NCBI GenBank assembly: GCA_030248215.1
Contig: JASANG010001414.1
Span: 248,001 to 312,000 of the forward strand
Direction: 5' to 3'
DNA from: Enoplolaimus lenunculus
Taxonomy: Eukaryota
Length of the DNA: 64,000 nt
In this document: in pieces, positions 25,501 through 37,500 of the stretch
Position numbering within the stretch: the first letter of the stretch is position 1
Layout of the letters: each line of letters begins with the position of its first letter
Position numbers and translations under genes: made by a program
Notes under the pieces: model-generated
Seen by the model: the letters and a program-made list of their open reading frames with translations, nothing else
Databases searched by the model: none
What the model was told of the DNA's origin: nothing

Positions 25501-28500
25501 GTGTAGCACCTATCACCGGTTAGTAATGTGTTTTCAAACAATGGAACAGAAACAGCTACAATTGACAAAGACAGCTCACAAGTAGGACCAAAAATGGCCT
25601 AAATTTTGAGTTTTCTTTAGTGGATGGCTCGAACTTTATAGGACCAACCGTTAGCTGCTCAACTTGTGATAGGTGCTGCATGTTTCAGAATACGGATGTC
25701 AATTTCAGCCTCCACGCTCCAAGTGTTTATCATTAATCTAAAACTATTGAATTCCGTCCAACATGATACGTAAAACGTTTGTTTTTCATAGTTACGCAAA
25801 TTACGACCAGATATTCTGAAAAAACACAAAAAGATCTGAAAAACACAAAAAATACTGGCTTCTCCACAGCTTGAAAATTTCCGCCGGGGGGGGCGTTTCC
25901 TGGGGGGCCCCCAGGAGTTTGCGGGGGGGGCCCGGAGTTTCCTGGGGGGCAGCTGAATTTGCGGGGGGGGGGGACAGTTTTCCTGGGGGCCCCCAGATGA
26001 TCTGGGGGGTCCTGGGGGGCAACCATAAAATTTTGCAAACCGACTTTTTGGACCATTTCTTTCATTCTAGACCGTGTTTCCAACTCAACGTAAAATTACT
26101 CATCGCTCAACATGACAAAAATTTCTCGCAAACGCCAGTAACACTAATTTTAACTAATATTACGTATATACTGACAACTTAACCAGAAGTTGAAAGAAGC
26201 ACACTTATATAAAATATAGATAATCTATAATTGAAACTGTGATTAATATATATTTTGTATATTAGTCACAGCTTCAATTTATCATAAGGCTCAGGCGGGT
26301 TGAACGTGCTGCTGCAAGGTACTTTCGAATGCTGTATGCCCTGAAACGGTCTTTATATAATTGTGCTTTTTCAGTTCATTATTGAATTGTATTAGTTACT
26401 ACGGGTATTTGTAACACTATTAAAAATTATGAGTACTCAGCGTAATATAAAATCATATTTTGCCGAATGTCCGCCTCAAAAGAAGTCCAGGTCTTTACGT
26501 TTTAACATTGAAAATTTTTGACCTAGAAAAGTCCTGGGGGCCCCGAGCAAAAAAATTTGCCGGGGGCATTTTGCTGGGGGGCGGCCGAAAATTCGCCGGG
26601 GGGCCTTTCCAGGCGGCAAAATTTTCGCCGGGGGGGAAATGAAAATTTCGAAAAGTGCTGGGCCCCCCCGCTGTGGAGAAGCCAGAAATATAAAAAACAA
26701 AAAACTATGACAAATGCATTAAAATACTATACTTCGAAAATTTAAATATTTTCGGTGATAACCAAAATAAAGTAGAGTCTCTAAGACATACTAGCCAATC
26801 GACTAACAAGAAACCGCTATTTGTTACCTTTCTTGTCGTGATGTTCAATAAGCGCCCCGCGTTGTATCAGCAATTCCACTAGTTCATCGTGCCCTAAAAC
26901 AAAGAATCGTGATACTGACTCATTGTACAGCTGTGCCATGTGCGTTAAACGCAAGGTGAACATGTCGTGTCACTACGTTGCCGTTATCAAAACAGCATAA
27001 TCGAATTAACCTATTGCATGGTATCATCCAACATACTAGAATTTGTGAGAATGTTCTGTTATATAAAAATTGTATATTAAAAAGACGTCAGAAAGGACGA
27101 TATAATTCAACCAGGGTGCAACCGGAATTCCGGTTCCGGTTCCGGCATTTTTTCACCTTCCGGTTCCGGTTCCGGTAAATTTTTACCTGATTTAAAAATT
27201 CCGGTATTATAATTTGGCCGTTTTCTTAACTTTGCTAATTTTTAAGAATCTCTTTTGAAAGCCACTTGTACTCCGAATATAAGCCATTGATGGTGGATTT
27301 CACTTCAGTCGATGATGAAAATCTAAAATATAACAGGTAAAATAAATACCTATGTTCGACTAAGGTTGTTTCACAAATAATAGAGCAAAAAATACGATTA
27401 AAATGAAATTTTTGGTGAAATGCATTTTTCACTTTCCGGTTCCGGTTCCGGTAAAATTTTCAAATTCCGGTTCCGGTTTCGGTTCCGGTAAATTGTAATT
27501 CCGGTTGCACCCTGAATTCAACACAAATACATCAAAATGCAAGTTAAAAAGAATGAACATCAACGCTAAGTATCGCATCAAATCGTTGTCTAGTTTTCAC
27601 TTGCCTGCAGCGCATGCCACCGTCAGAGCTGTATCGTGATTAGATTCCGTTTGTAAATTAACATTCACTGGACTCTTCACCGAATCTGGTTGGATTGTTT
27701 GCAAGCCTGTTACAGCAATTTCCGGTGCAATCGAAGTTGTAATTACCGATGGGGGTGTTGATGGAGGCGACGGTGGATGTTTCGTTTGTTTACAGTTTGA
27801 CATGCACAAATTTGGCCGTTTGCTAACACTGTCGTTATTTGTCAACACGGCGGATGATGTTTCGATTAAAGACTGATTGTCAACGGTGACATTTTGACTG
27901 GCGGCATGAGTTTGACCACAACCACAGACAACATTATCCGACAGTTGTTGAGATGCTGCACATTGAGCTGCAAGTGGGCCTTGGGCTATCAGCGGCAACG
28001 GTAATTGCCCATTTTCCGTTTTTGAAGCTGTTGAATCTGTTGTTGGGATCGACTTTTGATCTTGCCCCAGATCAACATTTTCAATACCAGATTCGTCTTA
28101 AAAAGCTTTTATAGTTCAAGATAACAGAAAACACTTTATGATTCTAATAAGCTAACGCGGTGTCTAATTTTCATCTCACGGAGCTAAGTCTCGGCGGTAG
28201 AATGTGAATAATATATGCGAACAACAAAGATTTATAATAGTTTGGATAAAAACAGGCCTAACGTTACGTGGCTCAATTTGTTGAAAATCGAAACTGATAA
28301 TGCACTCAAAACACTTTTTAAAACACAAATATGCCTTGGAAGATGGCAATTTCTGACAACCGATCGCACGCTGAATAAATGCATCTAACGATGCAAGAGG
28401 CGTTCATCAAATCTAGGGTATCCCAGACAGCAGCTAAATGAAAGTTTCTCGTCTCATCGCAACACAATCATTAGTCTACGAAAACCTTCCATTTCTTTTA

Positions 28501-31500
28501 AATCTGACTCAGATTAAATTTTACCTATTCGATTCATTAATTTCTGTTCATTTGTGTTTTCGTTCAACAATTCCCTGCTTGCCCGTTCGAGCTCTTCATA
28601 GATTTCTTTCGTTTTTTTCAATCGCGACAATTCCTGAATCATAACCGCAGCCTCACATAATAAGGTTGGCTGAATTACCCAAACTCAAAACTACTACTGT
28701 TGCTTTGCCAGAAAAAACAATGCACTTACGATATTTTGCCTGATTATCTTTAGTTACACAGTCGTATAAGCAACTAATTTTTCACAATAAATACCCGGAC
28801 CCACTTTTGAACCATGCCTTAAAACGAAGATGTAAACTTAAAATGCTGCTATTGAAAAAATAACCCAATCAAAAAACCTAAATCAATTGTCCAAAACAAA
28901 AAAGTTTTTATAAACTGACATCCCTGTTCAATACGGCAGCAGAATAGTGGCAGGGTGGGTGGTTTGGAAGACCGCCAATCTCTCTGCACCGAAATGGTAT
29001 GCACAGTAAACAGCAGAATTTTTAGCTGGACAAATTGAGTGATACCCATCTGAAAACCATATTCCAGGTCCGAGATCTACAAATCCTGGGACTGACATCT
29101 CAACAGGACAGCAGCAAACCCTATGGGTTGCGCTATACCTGTTGTGCGGCGCCGTCCGTCACCCATAAGGCGCGGGCCGTTACCGTGCGTCATCCCTACG
29201 GTGCCGTCCGTTACCGTCCGATCGTGCGTGAGTTAATTTGCGTACGATACCACATGGGGACGGACGGCGCCGTACGGGAGACGAACGGTGTCGGACAGCG
29301 CCGGATGGGTGACGGACACCAACAAAAGTATAGCGCAACCTTTACTTTAACGCATGCATTCAATTCGTCTTGCTGCTTTTTCAAGCTTGTCTTCGTCGGC
29401 GTGATTAACGTATGAGACGCACTTTGCTGCAACCGAGCTGTCGCTAATGCTGCATAGCGTTGAAATTGACATTTCAACGTTTCCTATAAAACACACACAC
29501 TACAAAACGTAATCACTACGTTTCCATAATTTGAATGGATCATGTGAAACACAGAGATCTGCCCATAAAATACAGCGGGACCTGCCGACTGGGTGGCTTA
29601 CACCTAAGCTTAGTGAGTAGGCCGTTATAGGGTCGCTAAAATTACACTATTAACTTTCACACTTCAACAAAGGTAGAGATGTGCTGATTAATCGGCGTCT
29701 GTATCAGTAATGTCGGCATTTCTGTACGTATCGGTATCGGTTCTACAAAAAATTACCGGTGCTTTGCCGATACTTTTTCACTTAGCAGTGATTAGGGATG
29801 CTACCAATTTTACTTGCTAGTGCATACCAGTGCATCTGAACAGGAAAATGTGAAGCCACCTGCGTTTCTTTTTAAAAAATAGTTGAAATGAACCGTTCTC
29901 ATAAAATTATATTACAACCGTTTATGGTTGTTAAGGTTTAGAGGTTTGCGTTTGTAATGATTAAATGTAGTAATCCTAATGGTTCTTTAAGCATCATGTA
30001 TTAAAATCAAAATCAGCATCGGTATCGATAAAATTTGAAAACAACCGGCATCGGTTTCGGCAAAAAAATTGGTATTGCACATCATTAAACAAAAAGCTTT
30101 CTACAAAATTTCATTTCATCTAACTTTTGATTTCAGTAAGATATTGACTGATTCAGTATTGCATTCCCTACAACTGACTAAAACGGAAACGTAAATGCAA
30201 ACCACAGCAAGAGCAGTGGAATGAATTCTAACTGCACAAAGCACAGATACCTGTAGTTTCGCTACTTCTTCAGTGGACAGCTTGTTACCTGCGCGTTGCA
30301 ATATTGCGTTGTGAACATTTACCAGCACTTCTTCTGGAAGATCGTTATTATCGACATCTGCACAAACCAACAAAAACACCACATAACATTCAATCACCCA
30401 GATTAACTGTGATATGCCGCCCTTGGGTTATGAAAGAATGAAACTCAAAATGTTAAAAACATAAGCGAACACGTATTTAGAGAAGAGTCTAGGGTAGGGA
30501 TTGGAACTCAATATCAGTCTCAGTCCAAAGCCTCGAAAATTCCTGAGACTCGCGTAGCCTCAATCCAAGTCTTAGTCGAAGTCTCAGGTTTTGAAGTCTA
30601 AGATTTTGAAACTGAGATTCCGGTATTGATGTCAGCCAAGAGTGAGAGTTGTGGCAAATTGATTTATCAATATTTATGACTGTTATACGAAAATTGTGGT
30701 GGTCTCGCGACTTGGGTAATAGAGTTACGGCTGCAAAACTGTCGAAAGTTTTGTTTTTAAAAGCGAGCTGTGATACTCTCAATTCTGTTTTCTGAAAAAA
30801 TTCTCAAGTACTAAAGCGGACGATTTGCTAATTTAGTCTGTGGGTTAAGAGAATTTTAGTTAGGTAACTTTTTTTATTGTGTTATATAAAAATTGAAATA
30901 AGTTTTTTGAGCGAAACAGGGCTTTCAAAATTCGTTATTTACAATTTTCCTGAAATGTTTCGTTATTGGGGCAAAAAATTTCTGAAACTCTCAAAAATGT
31001 CTGAATATCAGCCTCAAACATCTCAGTCTCAACTTCTTTGCTGAAACTACCATCACTAAAGGCGGTTACGACGGCAATATAAAACTCATCCGAAAATGTA
31101 CGCACAAAATTTAAATCAAGTTGAAGACGCATCTGTTATAAACCAGTAAGTGTAAATATTAAAATACTTTGGTTGTTAAACAAGGAACAAAAGTCGTCCA
31201 AAATTTCCATCGGAGTTTGCTCAGAAGATATTAATATGTTGTCAGTATCAGCTAGCTCATTCGGAAGAGCTCCACTATCATTAACTGCCGAGTCCGGACG
31301 GTCGATAAATATGTCGCATTGATTATGGCCAGTTGCGAGGCATGTAGCACAGTGACCGCATCCAAGCTGAAATTACAGTTAAGACTAGTCAAATTTATGC
31401 AATAAAGTCCTAAACAACTTTCAACACCGTATTACTCTTTAATAACTTACAAAATCAATCAAAAACATGTGCCGTAAGTGCTTTCTTTAAGCGAATTTTT

Positions 31501-34500
31501 AGCGAGTAATTTCCAAAACAATACCTGAGCTATAAAAAGCACAAAATATATTTAAAACTTTTCAATATTCAAAACACAACCAACAAAGCGACTGTGCATA
31601 CCTTTGCGTCTCCAAGAGTCGAGCTAAGTTGTTCCGCATAGGTTCTCAGCTCATTTGCATCTAAACTAGCAATCGCCGAGTCCCAATTGATTAGACTGTT
31701 GTTGTGAACCATTGGCAGTATTTGATCCGCAACCGTTAGCTGCTCGGGAGTGACAGCGGAACCTGGTATTGTTGTAAGGCCACTCTGGAAATTTGTGTCC
31801 TTCATTTTAACGCCCATACTGCCACCGCTTTGGGGCCAATCAAGCAACAGTTGTACTACGTTGGCATGCCCTCCTTTTGCCGCTTCAATAATGATTGATG
31901 AGGAATCCTGCAACAAAAACATGCACCGATAATTTGGGAATACGTTTAAATTTAAATTTTATATCCAAATGCGCTAACTGCGGTTGGAATTCCATATAAC
32001 ATCGCGTTCTGTAAGAGGATTGGAAACCAAAAAATTCAAATAAAATCACACACGCACCAGCAAATTATCAAAATGTAACTGTTAATATTTTGACTAGAGT
32101 TGCAACATTTAAAAATAAATACCCGGACCCGGATTTTTCTGAAAGAAAAGCCCGGACCCGGAATTTTTAAGAATGCAAAACCGGGTCCGGAATTTTTATT
32201 ACTTAAAAACTAAACATGATCCTAAATGTTCAAAGATAGGAAAGAATTTCTGTCTCCATTTATTTCTAACGGCTCAGTATTTAAAATATTAATTGGCAGT
32301 ATGCAATGCGAAGTGACTAATGTCATTCACAAGAATTTATTTCAAGTAAATCATAAAACAATGCACTATCCTTGCAAGGGATGTGCCGATATCAAAGTTT
32401 TTTCCCGGTGCCGATATCGATTATTTTGAAGATATACGGATGCCGATACCTATTCCAAGTTTAATACACAATGTCTAAAGAACATTACAACTGCAAGGAC
32501 TCAAGTCCTAACAACTATAAAAGATCATAATTTTATAGAATGATACTTTTAATTAATTTTTTTCAAGGACAAACGCACGAGAAGTAACAGTTTCCCTGAA
32601 TTTAAGTTTAATCCAGGTTTCCAGATACTACGCAGCACAACAAGCTGATCATATTCCATTCAGATCTTTAAACAGGAATTAGCTTCAGCCTAAGTAATGG
32701 GCCATCCACGTTATAATGCTCGAGTAGCCCGTTTGTACAGGGGCAACCATACAACACATGGATATATGAAATATTTTCTTCGCATCTGTTTGTCGCATTG
32801 CTTCCAAATGAATTTCTGTTTATACATAGTTGAAGGACTGTTTGACCAGCCCGAGATTACATTAAACAATTTTGGGTGAGTGATAGAAACCTGACCTAAG
32901 CCAGTTGACTTATATGTGTTTCGCGAAAGTCAGTTGACTTATATGTGTTTCGCGAAGCTATAGCTAGAGCCTAATATAGCATTTTTCACAGGTTCCTGGA
33001 CGTTGAAGCAATCGTTAACCAAGCAATCTCTGACTTAGGCGATAGATACTAAACTTAAGTTAAATGTCAAATTACTAACTTAAAATGAGACATGTCATGT
33101 CTGTGTATCCCGACCATTCCAACCGTTCCTAATTGAGCATTCGAAATCGTAACCTAAGTATATCTGCTTACGTTAACTTACTCAGCAAAGGTGAAGCCTG
33201 TTGATCAACTTTTTCCTTCTGCAGCTTGCTTTTACATACGACATGCAATAGTTGTGTTAAGAGACATGTTGGGTGTGTTTTGTTTCTAATGTATGCGTAA
33301 GTGTTTCTCACAGTTAGTGTTGCTTGTGCAAAATCTATTTTTGGTACGATACAGTTACTATTCAGAATGTAGGCTTGGGATGTTAATAAAATCACTAAGC
33401 TAATCTTGTTCCGGTTATTTTGTCCGGGTGTTTTTGCAATACCCGGACCCGGAATAATTTGTTATGAAAACCTGGACCCGGACGCGGAATTTATTGAAAC
33501 GAAAACCCGGACCCGCAATTTTTCGGCAAAAATAGCCGGAATAACCGGAATACCCGGACCAGGACGCAACCCTAATTCTGACCGATATGCTTACATTATT
33601 TATGTATATACTTGGTTTCCACCGCATAAAAAATTATTGGGCGCAAACTCCAAAAAAGTTTAACGCTTGACGAATTTACAATGCGTACACCTTATTTATA
33701 TGTATATTAATGAGTTAATTACACTAATATGCCTGTTGGTACGTTCCTGGTGCACGATAGTCAGGTCAAAACCAATTTTGAAGAAATTTAAAGTCAAAAT
33801 TGCAGTCGCACGTCAGTGTTACTTCGGTCTCAAATAACACATGTATACACAATACGCAGCGTACTAGCACTAAATAACACGGGGCGTAAGCAGAAATATC
33901 ATGTACCTTAAGCTTTAGATTCGGATCAGCTCCAGCATTTAGCAATGCTTCAACGGTTGACGAAAATCCTGCGGCAGATGCTAGCGAAAGCGCAGTGTGT
34001 TCGTGATTTGATGAGACATGATCTACTCGTGCGCCTTTTAGCAGTAAATAGCTGACGGTACATGTATGGCCAGCACGCGCTGCTTTCATCAATGCTGTCC
34101 ACCCACCCTCGGTTTCGTGCTCCTGTAAAGATAGACAGATATTTACTATGAGAAAAAACAAGTGAATAATAAGCAAACCACATTACAACATTCGATGATC
34201 AATACTTGCCATCCTAGTGTCCATGTGATAAAAATTTATTTAGTATCAATGATGCATACTGAGAAAATGTGTGCTTGGTTTGTCAGTGAAATGCCTTGCT
34301 AAAAATTTCAGATAATACTTTAACACAATCATAAGTATAATAAACAACCGATCTTACGATATCTGCGCCACCATGTATAAATGCCGCACAAATGTTCAAA
34401 TGGCCATTTTCAGCAGCATACGTTAATGGTGTATCACCAGTTGTTGTGACAACGTTTACATTCGCTCCTAAAGCAAAAAGAGTAAGACCATAAATCGCAT

Positions 34501-37500
34501 GAGTTTACACACTTTACTGTACAAGGTACGAAAAAAGCATTCATAGACATTTAGTTTTAACATTTTTTACACTTGTGCAAATTTCGTGAGAAATCAACAA
34601 TCAAAAAACGCGTTTTTTTCAAAAGACACTAAACCTAGGCTCTTTAAAATATGTTAGCATTCGCACTGCATTAAGTGCTGTAAAAATAATAACGTATTGG
34701 AACAGTATATTACCTAAGAATTAACCATCTTTACTTCTAAAACCTCAATCGAGATTTCGCACTTTTGCTTATATGCGCGGCCTAGCGTACAATATGCACT
34801 TCTGCTTAGGTAGCTTGCAAATATCTTCAAGAATTTAACAAACATACCTTCTTTAATTAGAAAATTTACAATATCGAGGTGTCCTTCTTGGGTGGCTTCC
34901 ATTAACGGCGTGTTTGCTCCACGCTCAATATCAGCGCCGCCACGCAACAATAATGCAGCGACATCTAAAAACCCACTGCAACACGCGAGTGTCAGTGCAG
35001 TTTCGCCGGTTTCGTCAGTTTCAGCATTTACGTCGGCGTCTGAAAAATGATTTATATAATGGCTTACTCTCGACTCACGAAGTACCATAATGCGACTGCG
35101 TGTCATGCTCTGGTTTTTTAAAAATATCGACCCGAGCCTCTGGCATTCTATTTTGCCAGATAGGTTTCGCTCAACAGTTTAACATATATATGTAATGAGT
35201 TGCAATAACATAATATGTCGCAGTGACTTTTGTTCGAGCTGACAAGAGGTGATATGCGGCTCCGCATGGTATTAAACTAATTTATTTGACTCAGTGTACA
35301 GATAATCCAAAGCTGACTGAGAAAATTGCACTTAATTCTAGAAGAACAAAACTTACCGTGGTCAAGCAGGAGTGCAACGACGCCTTCATGTCCTTCACGC
35401 GCTGCCTCCATCAAAGGAGTGTATCCTTCGTCGTTGACTTCTTCTAGTAGTGCACCACGATCCAGCAGCAGTTTCGCCAAATCAGTATGTCCACCGCATG
35501 CTGCCAATGTCAGAGGAGATTCAAAGCTTTCCGTTGGCATATTAACCTAACATAGTAAAACATACTCAAAGCATGTGAACCACGGCAACACATACATAGA
35601 TATGTAAGAGTTAAAATTGAATGTTTGCTAAATGCGCAACAAAAACGCTGTAACCATGCAAGCATGTACAACCTTTTAATGATCTACAGTTATATTTCAA
35701 TTAGAAATGTATAGATGCACAAACATAATCCAGCTAGTATAGTGCAACACGTGTTCTCGATTCTACTCAGATCAATGAAAATTCAAACAAAGTTGCGAAA
35801 TTTCCTTCTCTAAAACAATATTAAGTTTAGTCGTTATATGTACGTATATGAACGAGAAATATTTAAATGAACAGTTTCATTTACCGGCGCCCCTCGATCA
35901 AGCAAGAAACGAGCAACGGCCACATGACCATCCATTGATGCTTCCATTAGCGCTGTATGCATTTCGTCAGCGACAACACTTAAGTTTTCGTGTGTGCCAA
36001 CGCTTACATCAAGCAAATATTCAACCATCTCCAAGTGACCTTTGTAGCACGCGAGGGTTAGCGGTGATTCCTAAAATTAAACTAATTCAAAATGCGAATT
36101 TTCTAACTGAGATGCATTAAAATATGTAATACTCTAGAACATGAGCGTGTTTATCGGCCCGCACCAGCCTTCGGCTTTCTAAGTGGGTCTTCCAAAGATT
36201 GAGGACTCAAGTATTTTATGTTGCCAGATGTTTTTTTAACTTTCAACAAACTGAAACTATCATTTGTATTTTTGCCATCTGCCATGGAACTGAATGACTT
36301 TCTTTTACATTTTGTCATACGTGTCTGTGCATTTGCTGTATCGCAGGAGAGTGGAGGGAATTAACGGGGGTTCAGGTGCGCAACCAGGGGATGGCAATAA
36401 AAATTAAATAGATTCCATTAGTATTGTATGTAAACCGTAATATTCGCCAAAAATACACCATCGAAGGTAGACTTCGCTTCCGTGGATTACGAAAATCTAA
36501 AATACAGCAGACAAAATGAATACCTATCTCCAACTAGGGTTATTTCACCAATAATATTGCACAGAAGAAAATTAAAATGAATTTTTCATTTTGCGGTTCA
36601 GGTTTCGATTTTTTTCGGTAATTTTTTCAAATTCCGGTTCCCGTTCCACTAAATTGTAATTCCGGTGGCACCTTGATGTATATGTAAATGTATATCTTCT
36701 ATTGTGTATCTACACATGTTTATATGTATACCGAGACTGACGTTGAGAAGTGTCGGTCAATTTTGGTCATCAACGAAAAAAATTTAAAATTTTTAAATGT
36801 CTTTTTCGTAGTTTTATGTTTTTCAAATTTTGTGTTTTTTCAGAATATCAGCTCACAATTATTGCGTAACTGAAAATTCATAGTATCACAGATATCTTTT
36901 CTTCATCGTGCACCACTTAACCGATGCTAAAAAATCGAACCGATACATGCCAAATACAGAGACATGCCGAGACCAAGACTCCCATCCGTGTTTACCAGAA
37001 CAGGAACAAAAGTTAAGTTTTTCACATGAACAGGAACAGGACTCGAAATTGGAAATAATTTTCATAACTGAATTACTGTTTTATTTTTAGAAAACTATCC
37101 AAAAAGTAGCTTCAGTGAATTTTGAGCAATTTTACAGCGCAACCCTAAAGCATACCTTAAACTCGTTCGAATGTGCATTAATTGTCGCTCCACGCTCGAT
37201 AAGCATTCGAGCAATAGTGACATTTCCAGCAGAAGTAGCTTCCATTAGCGGCGTATGTCCGTTAACGTTATGAACGTTTACAGATGCGCCTGCGTCAATC
37301 AGTGTTTTCGCTACATCTTCGTAACCGCCAGCACACGCGTACATCAATGCTGTATTCCCTGGAAACATACCGCACGATCAGGATCTTTATGATTCTGACT
37401 CAGGCGCCCTTTGTAAATTCACACTAAAGATAAATACTCCTTTAAGTCTTGTAATAGAACCTTCTATGCATTACAAAATATAGCTAAAATAATAAATAAT

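Noticed and set aside
25733..26745. Pro/Gly-rich ORFs (also 42683-43624)
   Set aside because: These are by-products of the G/C tracts in family C elements.
27235..27432. 65-aa ORF duplicated at 54986-55183
   Set aside because: It lies wholly inside MITE family A. The duplication reflects the element, and there are no protein motifs.
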